NCBI RefSeq assembly: GCF_019464535.1
Contig: NZ_CP080507.1
Coordinates: forward strand, 480,001-512,000
Reading direction: 5' to 3'
Source: Horticoccus luteus
Lineage (GTDB): Bacteria > Verrucomicrobiota > Verrucomicrobiia > Opitutales > Opitutaceae
DNA length: 32,000 nt
Shown: positions 18,428 through 26,618 of the stretch, in pieces
How positions within the stretch are numbered: the first letter of the stretch is position 1
Layout: the number at the start of each line of letters is the position of its first letter
Notes under the pieces: model-generated
Told to the model about the DNA's origin: nothing
Databases searched by the model: none
Seen by the model: the letters and a program-made list of their open reading frames with translations, nothing else
Made by a program: the position numbers and the translations under genes

Positions 18428-19681
18428 ATGAAGCGGATCCTTTACGAGCTCACCGAATCGTTCCGCATCGCCTTCGCGCAGATCAGGGCGAACAAGATGC
18501 GGTCGGTGCTCACGGCCCTCGGCGTGATCATCGGGATCGTGGCGGTGACGTTGATGGGGACCGCGATCAAAGGCATCGACATCGGGTTTCAACGCAGCCT
18601 GGCGTTGCTGGGCGACGACGTGCTGTATGTGCAAAAATGGCCGTGGCACAACGTCGAGGATTGGTGGAACTACGAAAACCGGCCGATCATCCGGCCGGAG
18701 GATGCGGACAAGCTGAACCGGATTTTCGAAACGATGCCGAATTCGCTGCTGGACGTGGCGGTGCCGGTGGTGGCGCGAGGCTCAGCCGTCAAGGCGGGCA
18801 ACAAGCAGGTGAGCGGAGTCTTCACTTTTGGCACGACAGCGGACTACGCGCGGTTGATGACGGCGGATTTCAGTGAGGGGCGGCTGTTCACCGAAACGGA
18901 GGCGGCGGCGGGCCGGCAGGTGTGCGTGCTCGGTCTCGACGTGGCCACGGCGTTGTTTCCGGAGCGGTCGGCGATGGGCGAGACGGTGTTGATCCGCGGG
19001 CAACCCTTCACGGTGATCGGGGTGCTGGCGAAGCAGGGCTCGTTCCTCGGTTTGTTCAGCATGGATACGCAGGCCCTCATGCCGCTGCGGGCCTATCTGA
19101 AATATTTTGGGCTGGGCGGGCGCGGCGCCGAGCTGCGCGTGAAGGTGCGGGACAAGACACGGATGGCGGAGGCGACGGAGGAGCTCGTGGGCGCGATGCG
19201 GCGCGTGCGGGGGCAATTGCCGGGTGAGCGGGACAATTTTTCGATCAACCAGCAGGAAGCGTTCAAGGCGCAGCTCGATCCCATCAAGTCGGGCATCGCG
19301 TTCGCCGGATTGTTCATCACGGGATTGTCCCTGTTTGTCGGAGCAATCGGCATCATGAACATCACTTTTGTGAGCGTGAAGGAGCGCACGAAGGAGATCG
19401 GCACAAGGAAGGCGCTGGGTGCCCGGCGCACGACGATCATGCAGCAATTTCTCATTGAGGCGGTGGCGATCTGTCTGATCGGCGGCGCCGTGGGGCTGGG
19501 CGTGGCGGCAGGGCTGACGTTCGCAATCCAGAAGGCGATGCCGAGCCTGCCGGTGGCATTTTCCTCGGGACTGGTCGTCGTCAGCATGGTGGTATCGATC
19601 GTCACCGGTATCGCGTCGGGTTCCTGGCCGGCTTGGATCGCGTCGCGGCTCGATCCGGTGGTGGCGTTGCGTTACGAATAA
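18428..19681 (+). CDS. MacB/FtsX-type ABC permease, paralog 1 (417 aa)
   Basis: TM1 (MRSVLTALGVIIGIVAVTLM), a MacB_PCD-like periplasmic domain, and an FtsX bundle (GIMNITFVSVKERTKEIGTRKALGARR). Ends ...LDPVVALRYE. Confidence 0.9.
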   Translation: MKRILYELTESFRIAFAQIRANKMRSVLTALGVIIGIVAVTLMGTAIKGIDIGFQRSLALLGDDVLYVQKWPWHNVEDWWNYENRPIIRPEDADKLNRIFETMPNSLLDVAVPVVARGSAVKAGNKQVSGVFTFGTTADYARLMTADFSEGRLFTETEAAAGRQVCVLGLDVATALFPERSAMGETVLIRGQPFTVIGVLAKQGSFLGLFSMDTQALMPLRAYLKYFGLGGRGAELRVKVRDKTRMAEATEELVGAMRRVRGQLPGERDNFSINQQEAFKAQLDPIKSGIAFAGLFITGLSLFVGAIGIMNITFVSVKERTKEIGTRKALGARRTTIMQQFLIEAVAICLIGGAVGLGVAAGLTFAIQKAMPSLPVAFSSGLVVVSMVVSIVTGIASGSWPAWIASRLDPVVALRYE

Positions 19682-19693
19682 CCAAGGCCAGCT

Positions 19694-20935
19694 ATGTTAT
19701 TTGGCGAAATTTTACGAATGGCGTTCCGGTCGCTCGGAGCGAACAAGCTCCGCTCGATTTTGACGATGGCGGGCATCACCATCGGGGTGTTCTCGGTGAT
19801 CGGCGTGATGACGACGGTCTCGGCGTTGCGCGGCTCGATCGAGACCGGATTGAGTTTCCTCGGCACCAACATGTTTCAGTTCGCGAAATGGCCGACGGGG
19901 ATTTCGTCCGGCGGGCAGGATCGACGGAAGTATCAAATGCGGCGCGACATCACCCTCGATGAGGCTCAGCGCTACATGAAGCTGATGGAGGGCACGAGCG
20001 ATGTGATCTGCCTGAAGGTGTTCAACCAGGATGGGAGCGCCCAAGCGGTTTACGAGAACCGCAAGACGACGCCGGGGCTGACCTTTGGCGGGAGCAACGA
20101 GCATTTCATCACGGCGAATCAGTATTCGATCGAGACGGGGAGAAACCTCACGGCGGGCGACGTCGATCTCGGGCGGCCGGTTGTGATCATCGGCCAGACC
20201 ATCGTGCAGAAGCTTTTCCCCACGGAGTCGCCACTCGGGAAGGTCATCAAAATCAGCGGGCGCACCTACACGGTCATCGGCACGTTTGCGCCGAAGGGGA
20301 GTGCTTTCGGGCAAAGTCAGGACGACATTCTGATCGTGCCGATCACCCGCTACCTGAGCGATTTCGGCTCGGAGGGCGTGACCGTGAACATCGCCACGCA
20401 GGCGCCGTCGCAGACGATGTATAATGAGACGATCGACAAGGCGATCACGGCGATGCGCATCGTGCGCGGGTTGCAGCCGGAGGATGAGAATGATTTTGAG
20501 CTGTATTCGAACGACTCACTCATCGCGGCGTTTGCGAAGATTGCGGACGCCGTGCGGGCGGGAGCACTGGTGATCAGCGCGATCGCGCTTCTCGCGGCGG
20601 GAGTCGGGATCATGAACATCATGCTCGTCAGCGTGACGGAGCGCACGAAGGAGATCGGCATTCGCAAGTCGATCGGCGCGCGAAAGAAAAGCGTGCTGAC
20701 GCAGTTTCTCGTGGAGTCCGTGGTGATTTCACTGGCGGGTGGCCTCGCGGGCATCCTGCTGGGCATTTGCGTGGGCAACGGCGTCGCGGTGCTGCTGAAA
20801 GCGTCGATCGTTTTCCCATGGGATTGGGCGGCGATCGGATTGGCCGTGTGTTCGGGGATCGGCGTTGGCTTTGGCTTCTATCCGGCGTGGAAGGCGGCCT
20901 CGCTGGATCCGATCGAGGCGCTGCGTTACGAATAA
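19694..20935 (+). CDS. MacB/FtsX-type ABC permease, paralog 2 (413 aa)
   Basis: Same architecture as the preceding gene (LRSILTMAGITIGVFSVIGVM; GIMNIMLVSVTERTKEIGIRKSIGARK). Ends ...LDPIEALRYE. Confidence 0.9.
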   Translation: MLFGEILRMAFRSLGANKLRSILTMAGITIGVFSVIGVMTTVSALRGSIETGLSFLGTNMFQFAKWPTGISSGGQDRRKYQMRRDITLDEAQRYMKLMEGTSDVICLKVFNQDGSAQAVYENRKTTPGLTFGGSNEHFITANQYSIETGRNLTAGDVDLGRPVVIIGQTIVQKLFPTESPLGKVIKISGRTYTVIGTFAPKGSAFGQSQDDILIVPITRYLSDFGSEGVTVNIATQAPSQTMYNETIDKAITAMRIVRGLQPEDENDFELYSNDSLIAAFAKIADAVRAGALVISAIALLAAGVGIMNIMLVSVTERTKEIGIRKSIGARKKSVLTQFLVESVVISLAGGLAGILLGICVGNGVAVLLKASIVFPWDWAAIGLAVCSGIGVGFGFYPAWKAASLDPIEALRYE

Positions 20936-21014
20936 AGCGGTGGCGCGCTGAACGGCGCGTCCGCTTGTGCCCGGTGCGGCAAGAAGCGCCGCGACGGACT
21001 AATGTTGCGCCGCG

Positions 21015-22247
21015 TCAGCCGCGCCGGATTTCGGAGCCGGGGAAGCGGATTTGGACGCGGAATACTTTTTTGATGCGGCACTTGATGGCGCCCGTTTGGA
21101 GATCGAAGCGTTCCGGGACTTCGATGCGGTGCAGATCGACGACGGCATGGTAGCCGCGCTCGGAAAACACATCGATCAGCATCGCGAGGGCGAGCGGGTC
21201 GTCGAGCACCGGATCTTCAGTGTTGATCAACGCCACGCCGGAGATCGCATGCCGCAAAACGATCGGCACAACCTTTTGTTCGATGAAGGTCACCACCTTC
21301 GCGAGCAGCTCGGGTTGGCCAAACTCGTAGCCATCGAGGCGTTTCACGAGTTCCTGCCGCGCATGGATGGTGATGTCGCTGGCGACGGGCACGCGGCGCA
21401 GGCGATCGACGGTGCGTGGATCGAGCTCGAGGGTGCTTTGATATTCGAGCTCCTTGATGATGTTTTGCTCAACCTCTTCGATCGCCCCTTGGGCATTGAC
21501 GAAGTGGTAATGGAAAATCTCCTTGAGCGACTGAAGCGCGTCCCAGGTTTGCTCTTTGAAGACCCGGTAGCGGCGTCGTGCGAGGGCTTCGTCGAAATCG
21601 GTGGCGCGTTCCTCGACCAGGGAGCCAACGCCGGTGCGCTGCACCTCCGCGTTGTGGAGGCGGCTTTCACGACCGCGCTTGAGTTGCCGCGCGACGGATT
21701 CCTTTTCGTCGACGAACAACACCATGATATGAATCGTCGGGAGCCGGAAATGGATGCCCAGCGGCGTTCCGTAGAATTCACGGCGAAGCTCGTGCATTTT
21801 TTCGACGAGCAGCGTGAGGCACTCAACCTGCACGCGCGTGCGCGGGAAGCCGTCGAGGATCACCCCGTCGCGATACATCGGCTTCATCAATTCCCGGAGC
21901 AGGAGCGCAACGACCTCGCGATCGCCGACCATGCTGCCTGCATCCTTGAGCGCTTTGGCTTCGGGGGAATCGAGCAGGGCGCTCATCACCACCGGGGGGC
22001 AGGTGAGGCCGCGCGTCTTGGCGATAAACTGGGTGTTGGTGCCTTTGCCCGCACCGGGCGCGCCGCCGAGGAGAATGATTTCCTTCGGAAACCGCATGTT
22101 TTCGCGGCCGAAATCCGACTCCAAGTCGTGCCACGCCGCGTTGAAGATCAATTGGGCGTCCTTGATCTCCAAGTCGTTCATTTTGACCGCGCTGCTTTGG
22201 GCGAGCGGAGGAGTGGACGCGGGAGTGGGGCTGGCTGAAGTGGGCAT
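21015..22247 (-). CDS. Adenylate-kinase-like NMP kinase domain fused to a ~170-200-aa C-terminal domain of unknown function (410 aa)
   Basis: ATG at 22247 (MPTSASPTP...). The AK-fold motifs are collinear with Adk: P-loop ILLGGAPGAGKGT, GSMVGDREVVALL, GVILDGFPRTRVQ. The C-terminal half (LDPRTVDRLRRVP...RIKKVFRVQIRFPG) is not recognised. The upstream 389 codons of the 799-aa track ORF are Arg/Pro-rich and antisense to the NtrC-like gene, so they are rejected. Confidence 0.75.
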   Translation of the reverse strand: MPTSASPTPASTPPLAQSSAVKMNDLEIKDAQLIFNAAWHDLESDFGRENMRFPKEIILLGGAPGAGKGTNTQFIAKTRGLTCPPVVMSALLDSPEAKALKDAGSMVGDREVVALLLRELMKPMYRDGVILDGFPRTRVQVECLTLLVEKMHELRREFYGTPLGIHFRLPTIHIMVLFVDEKESVARQLKRGRESRLHNAEVQRTGVGSLVEERATDFDEALARRRYRVFKEQTWDALQSLKEIFHYHFVNAQGAIEEVEQNIIKELEYQSTLELDPRTVDRLRRVPVASDITIHARQELVKRLDGYEFGQPELLAKVVTFIEQKVVPIVLRHAISGVALINTEDPVLDDPLALAMLIDVFSERGYHAVVDLHRIEVPERFDLQTGAIKCRIKKVFRVQIRFPGSEIRRG

Positions 22248-22498
22248 CGGAAGGAGGGGAGTTAAGACGCGAACCGCAGGCGTGTGGACAACAGAATTTC
22301 GTCGCCGAGCAAATAAAAACGCCCGGCGGTCACGCGGCGCGCGGCGGTGCGCGGACGGGTGGCCGGCCGGCGGGCCTTGCAAAGTTCGGGGAGCGGCGGC
22401 GGGGGATTCCTGCAAATCGCACGAAGGTTTGGGGCGGCGCGGGCGCCGCGATGTGCAACTGCTTGCCGCAGAGAGACGGCGGATTACGCGAACGGTGT

Positions 22499-22514
22499 TG
22501 GCACGGGTTGGGCA
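22499..22514 (+). promoter_or_regulatory. Candidate sigma-54 (-24/-12) promoter
   Basis: TGGCACGGGTTGGGCA versus consensus TGGCACG-N4-TTGCA. GG (22500-22501) and GC (22512-22513) have the canonical 10-nt spacing, and 10 of the 12 specified positions match. It lies in a 528-bp intergenic region, 262 nt upstream of the NtrC-like gene start. Confidence 0.35.
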
Positions 22515-22711
22515 GAACAGACGGTGGCCACGAGGCCTGTTCTTTCGCCGCCATTTCCTTTCGCTCCGCTGGAAAATTTCGCGTCCTGCGTGCTCTGTGG
22601 CGCGCAGTATCGAGACCAGCCGCCCCGGCGGAACTTCGCCGGGGCGGTGTGGTCGGTTTTGACCGCATGGTGCGCGGAACCCCGCGTGCCTGCTTAGTTG
22701 AAGCTGGACCT

Positions 22712-22746
22712 GGCGGGGTCGTCGAAAGGCGGCCCCGCCTTGGTTT
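22712..22746 (+). terminator. Candidate attenuator/terminator hairpin in the leader of the NtrC-like gene
   Basis: 10-bp stem GGCGGGGTCG (22712-22721) / CGGCCCCGCC (22730-22739) with one G-U pair and an 8-nt loop, followed by TTGGTTT. A second 11-bp perfect hairpin lies at 22620-22647 (CCGCCCCGGCG / CGCCGGGGCGG). Confidence 0.3.
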
Positions 22747-22775
22747 ACAGTTTTCTCTACGAGCCCCTTTTTTCG

Positions 22776-24110
22776 ATGCGTGTTCTCATTGTCGATGACG
22801 AGCCCGCCATTCGCCGAACAACCCGGATTGCGGTGGAGGCGGCGGGCCATGCGGGGGTCGAAGCCCCCAACGCTGCGCGTGCCTTGAAGGCGGTCGAAGA
22901 GACGCCGTTCGACGTGTGCTTCCTCGATGTAAAACTCGGGCAGGACGATGGGCTGGAGGTCCTGCAACGCCTGCTGGCCGTCGCGCCGTCGCTGGCCGTC
23001 GTGATGTTCACCGCTTACGCGAATGTGGCGACAGCGGTCGAGGCGATGCGACGCGGGGCGTTTGATTTCATCCCCAAGCCGTTCACGCCGGAGCAGATCC
23101 GCGGCGTCCTCGGGAAGGTGACGAAAACGCGGGCCTTGGAAACCCGCGTGGAGCAACTCGAGGCGCAGATTGCGAGCGAGGCACCCGCGATCGATGTCTC
23201 GTCGGCGGAACCGGGCCCGCAACGCGCGTTGCAGATCGCGTTCAAAGCGGCCGAATCCAACGCCACCATCCTGATCCTCGGCCCGAGCGGGACGGGCAAA
23301 AGCGTGCTGGCGCGCGAGGTGCATCGCCGCAGCGCACAACGCGACGCGGCGTTTGTGACCGTGCATTGCCCGAGTCTTTCGCGCGAATTGCTGGAGAGTG
23401 AACTCTTCGGCCATGTGAAGGGCGCATTTACAGGCGCGATCACCGACACGATCGGCAAAGTGGCGGCCGCGGAAGGCGGGACGTTGTTCCTCGACGAGAT
23501 TGGCGAAATTCCGCTGGAGATTCAGCCGAAGCTCCTGCGGCTGTTACAGGAACGCGAATACGAACGCGTCGGCGAAACGAAGCCGCGTCATGCCAACGTG
23601 CGTCTCATCGCGGCGACGAACCGCGCCCTCGCCGAGGAGGTGAAGGCGGGCCGCTTCCGCGAAGATCTTTTCTACCGGCTCAACGTGATCAGCGTCACGT
23701 TGCCGGGGTTGCGCGAGCGGCCGGGCGACCTGCAGCGCTTTGCGGCCAACTACCTAGCGTTCTTTGCGGCGAGTCTGGGCAAGCCGGTGAAGGCATTTTC
23801 GCCGGTGGTGGCGGCGGCGTTTGCCGGTTACGAGTGGCCCGGCAATTTGCGGGAATTGCGCAACGTGATCGAGCGCGCGGTGATTCTTGCGCCCGGCGAC
23901 ACGATCGAGCTCAACGACCTGCCGGAGCAATTTCACGGGCCGGCGTCAGCCGTGATCACCGTTGGTTCGCGGGTATCGCTGGACGACCTGGAGGGGGAGC
24001 ATATCCGGCGCGTGCTGCAGAGTGCGCGCAATCTCGACGATGCCGCCAAGACCCTCGGCATCGATCCGGCGACGCTCTATCGCAAGCGCCAGAAACTCGG
24101 TCTGATCTAG
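22776..24110 (+). CDS. Sigma-54-dependent response regulator, NtrC/AtoC/AlgB family (REC + AAA+ + Fis-type HTH)
   Basis: Receiver ([14 protein letters not shown]..., [14 protein letters not shown]). AAA+ Walker A GPSGTGKS, the sigma-54 contact loop GAFTGA (VKGAFTGA), Walker [10 protein letters not shown]-terminal HTH ([21 protein letters not shown]). The track ORF starts at 22698. Confidence 0.9.
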   Translation: MRVLIVDDEPAIRRTTRIAVEAAGHAGVEAPNAARALKAVEETPFDVCFLDVKLGQDDGLEVLQRLLAVAPSLAVVMFTAYANVATAVEAMRRGAFDFIPKPFTPEQIRGVLGKVTKTRALETRVEQLEAQIASEAPAIDVSSAEPGPQRALQIAFKAAESNATILILGPSGTGKSVLAREVHRRSAQRDAAFVTVHCPSLSRELLESELFGHVKGAFTGAITDTIGKVAAAEGGTLFLDEIGEIPLEIQPKLLRLLQEREYERVGETKPRHANVRLIAATNRALAEEVKAGRFREDLFYRLNVISVTLPGLRERPGDLQRFAANYLAFFAASLGKPVKAFSPVVAAAFAGYEWPGNLRELRNVIERAVILAPGDTIELNDLPEQFHGPASAVITVGSRVSLDDLEGEHIRRVLQSARNLDDAAKTLGIDPATLYRKRQKLGLI

Positions 24111-24123
24111 CGGGATTCGCGTC

Positions 24124-25947
24124 ATGCTGCGCACGCGTCTTTACCTGGGGTTGCTGCCGTTGGTGCTGTTGTTGGTCGGCACGGGCAGCTACGCGATTCT
24201 CGTTTCACGGCATCTTGCCGGATCGTTGCAACGCGAACTGGTGGTCAACTACCGCACCGTGCTCGCGTGTCAGCGGATGCGGTTCGCCGCCACGATGATG
24301 ACGGGGGCGCTGACCACGGCGCAGCGCGGTGATCTGCTCAAGGCGCGGCGGGATTTCGATGAGCAACGCTCCGCGTTTACGCGCGAGTTGATGGAGCAAT
24401 CGGCGGTGGCGGCGGGCACTCCGCGGATCGGCTTGATCGAGGCGGTGGACCGCGCGTTCGACGATTTCTCCTCGGTGAGCAACGAAATCCTCAAGCTCGG
24501 CGGCACAGGTTCGCTACCGGCAGTGAAGGAAAGCGAGACGGCGCTCTACCGCGTGCTGAATGCGATCGAGGAGCTCACGCAGCGCGATTTCGCCGCCGCG
24601 CAAACGGCGGCGGCTCATGCCGGCCGGCTGGCGGCGACGACGGAGCGGGTGCTGTTGATCACGATCGCCTCCGCGTTTCTGCTCTCGCTGTTTCTGGCGT
24701 GGCGGCTGGCGGCTTCACTGTTGCAACCGATCAATCTGCTGACCGCCTCCGCCGTGGCGCTCGGCGAAGGCGACCTCGATCGCACGGTGCCGGAATTTTC
24801 GGCCGATGAACTCGGCCAACTGGCGCGGGCCTTCAATACGATGGCGGCGAAGCTGCGTGCATATCGTGAGGCGACCGTCGCGAAAGTCTTGCGGACGCAA
24901 CGCACGATGGAGGCCACGCTCGCCTCCGCACCGGACCCGCTCTTCGTCGTCACGGGCAGCGGTGAGACGGAGATTCGCAATGCCGCCGCCGAACAACTCG
25001 GGCGCGCGGCGCAACTGGGCGACACGTATCCGCCCGAATTGCAGGAGCCGTTGCAACGCGTGCTGCAAACCGGCCAGCACTACCTGCCAACCGATTATGC
25101 GCGCGTGCTCACCCTGCGGGTGGACCGGGAAGACCGGCACTACCTGCCGCGGATTCTGGCGATTGGCGACGAACTCACGCAGTTTCGCGGGGCCGCGATC
25201 ATTCTGCAGGACGTCACCAAATTTCGGCTGCTCGACGATGCGAAAACCAATCTCGTTGGCACGGTGAGTCATGAGCTGAAAACGCCACTGACGAGTCTGC
25301 GCATGGCGGTTTACCTGTTGCTGGAGGGCAATCTTGACGGGTTCTCGCCGCAGCAGCGCGAACTCGTCGAAGGCGCGCGCGACGACGCGGACCGGTTGCT
25401 GCGCATCCTCGACAATCTGCTCGACCTCACGCGACTGGAGGCCGGGGCGTCGACGCTCGAGCGGACGGATTGCGACGTGGGGACGCTGCTCGATGAAGTG
25501 GCGGGCGAGGTGACCTCCTATGTGGGCACGGCGGGCCAGACGCTCGCGGTGGAGGTCGACGCGGCGACGCGGGAACTGCCTCTGCACGTGGATGTCGCGC
25601 GGATCCGCCACGTTTTTTTGAATCTGTTGACCAACGCTTCCAAGTATTCGCCGCGCGGCGGGCAGGTGACATTGCGCGCGGAAGAAGCGCCGGGTGGCTT
25701 CGTGCGATTCGCCGTGCGCGATGAAGGACCAGGCATCCCCGAAGAGAGCGTGGCGCGGGTGTTCGATCGCTTTTACCGCGCGCCAGGCCAGCAGAAACCC
25801 GGCGAGGGCCTGGGGCTGGCGATCGCGCGCGAGATCGTAGTGGCGCACGGCGGAAGCATTGCGTGTGCGAACGGCCCGGACGGAGGCGCGGAGTTTCATT
25901 TCATCCTGCCGCTCGCACCGGCGACCGCCGAGATTCCCGCCGGCTGA
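24124..25947 (+). CDS. Sensor histidine kinase (N-terminal helical sensor between two TMs, HAMP, PAS-like, HisKA, HATPase_c), KinB-like architecture
   Basis: TM1 LGLLPLVLLLVGTGSYAIL, TM2 LLITIASAFLLSLFLAW. HAMP (LGEGDLDRTVPEFSADELGQLARAFNTMAAKL). H-box VSHELKTPLTSL, N-box LTNASKYSP, G-boxes RDEGPGIP and GLGLAIAREIV. It lies 13 nt after the regulator gene. Confidence 0.9.
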   Translation: MLRTRLYLGLLPLVLLLVGTGSYAILVSRHLAGSLQRELVVNYRTVLACQRMRFAATMMTGALTTAQRGDLLKARRDFDEQRSAFTRELMEQSAVAAGTPRIGLIEAVDRAFDDFSSVSNEILKLGGTGSLPAVKESETALYRVLNAIEELTQRDFAAAQTAAAHAGRLAATTERVLLITIASAFLLSLFLAWRLAASLLQPINLLTASAVALGEGDLDRTVPEFSADELGQLARAFNTMAAKLRAYREATVAKVLRTQRTMEATLASAPDPLFVVTGSGETEIRNAAAEQLGRAAQLGDTYPPELQEPLQRVLQTGQHYLPTDYARVLTLRVDREDRHYLPRILAIGDELTQFRGAAIILQDVTKFRLLDDAKTNLVGTVSHELKTPLTSLRMAVYLLLEGNLDGFSPQQRELVEGARDDADRLLRILDNLLDLTRLEAGASTLERTDCDVGTLLDEVAGEVTSYVGTAGQTLAVEVDAATRELPLHVDVARIRHVFLNLLTNASKYSPRGGQVTLRAEEAPGGFVRFAVRDEGPGIPEESVARVFDRFYRAPGQQKPGEGLGLAIAREIVVAHGGSIACANGPDGGAEFHFILPLAPATAEIPAG

Positions 25948-26013
25948 AACACGCAAAGGAAGCGGCCGCGCGCGCGGGAACTCTGCACAGCGGCCACGTT
26001 CCATATTGATATT

Positions 26014-26349
26014 ATGCACTCATCCACTGCCACGCCGCCTGCGTCATCCACTCATGAACTCCCGGAGGAACTCGCTGCGAACCTCCGCGCGTTGATTGCC
26101 GAAGCCGAGAAAACGCTCAGTTCGCGTCTCGGTTCGAGCGCCAGCCGCGGCTTGGCCGAGCTGCGCGATCGCTTGGAGTCGACGAAAGAAAAAATCGAAG
26201 AACTCTACGGCCGCGCCCGTGAAAAAGTGGTGGCCGGCGCGCGCACGACCGATGACGCGATTCGCACGCATCCTTACACGACGATGGGAGTGGCGCTCGG
26301 CGCCGGCCTGTTGATCGGCGCTTTGGTGAGCCGCCGCTGCCGCGACTAA
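26014..26349 (+). CDS. ElaB/YqjD/DUF883-family C-tail-anchored membrane protein
   Basis: Helical N-terminal region (LAELRDRLESTKEKIEELYGRAREKV). Conserved THPYTTMGVALGAGLLIGALVSRR C-terminal anchor. Confidence 0.8.
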   Translation: MHSSTATPPASSTHELPEELAANLRALIAEAEKTLSSRLGSSASRGLAELRDRLESTKEKIEELYGRAREKVVAGARTTDDAIRTHPYTTMGVALGAGLLIGALVSRRCRD

Positions 26350-26360
26350 ATTTTACTCCC

Positions 26361-26579
26361 ATGAGAATCCTCGGCATCATCCTTATCCTCGGCGGCGCGT
26401 TCCTTTTATATAAAGGGTTTCAACGAGAGGACTCGCTCGCCGGCAAGCTCGACACGGCCAGCACGAAAGTGGCCAACAGTGTCGACGGCGGCACGCACGT
26501 GGCGAACCACACGCTTTACTTGGTCGGCGGAGGCGTCCTGGTCGTCCTTGGCGCCGTGGTCGCGTTGAAGCGCCGCTAA
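26361..26579 (+). CDS. Small two-TM membrane protein, DUF3185-like (72 aa)
   Basis: MRILGIILILGGAFLLYKGF ... LYLVGGGVLVVLGAVVALKRR. This is a two-hairpin topology with a short loop. It lies 11 nt after the ElaB-like gene. Confidence 0.65.
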   Translation: MRILGIILILGGAFLLYKGFQREDSLAGKLDTASTKVANSVDGGTHVANHTLYLVGGGVLVVLGAVVALKRR

Positions 26580-26589
26580 CCGGTGGGGC

Positions 26590-26617
26590 CGTCGCGGCGC
26601 CACGCGCAGCCGCGACG
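26590..26617. terminator. GC-rich hairpin between convergent genes, possibly a bidirectional terminator with no U-tract
   Basis: 9-bp perfect stem CGTCGCGGC (26590-26598) / GCCGCGACG (26609-26617) with a 10-nt loop. There is no flanking T/A run, so its function is uncertain. Confidence 0.25.
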
Positions 26618-26618
26618 C

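Noticed and set aside
22248-23414. Upstream 389 codons of the 799-aa minus-strand track ORF (21015..23414)
   Set aside because: The translation is Arg/Pro/His-rich low complexity. It is antisense to the well-supported NtrC-like gene and crosses a 528-bp intergenic region. The AK-like homology begins just after ATG 22247.
25948-26013. Possible sigma-54 promoter upstream of the ElaB-like gene
   Set aside because: GGCCACGTTCCATATTGA and GGGAACTCTGCACA were inspected. Neither has GG-N10-GC spacing, so no call was made.
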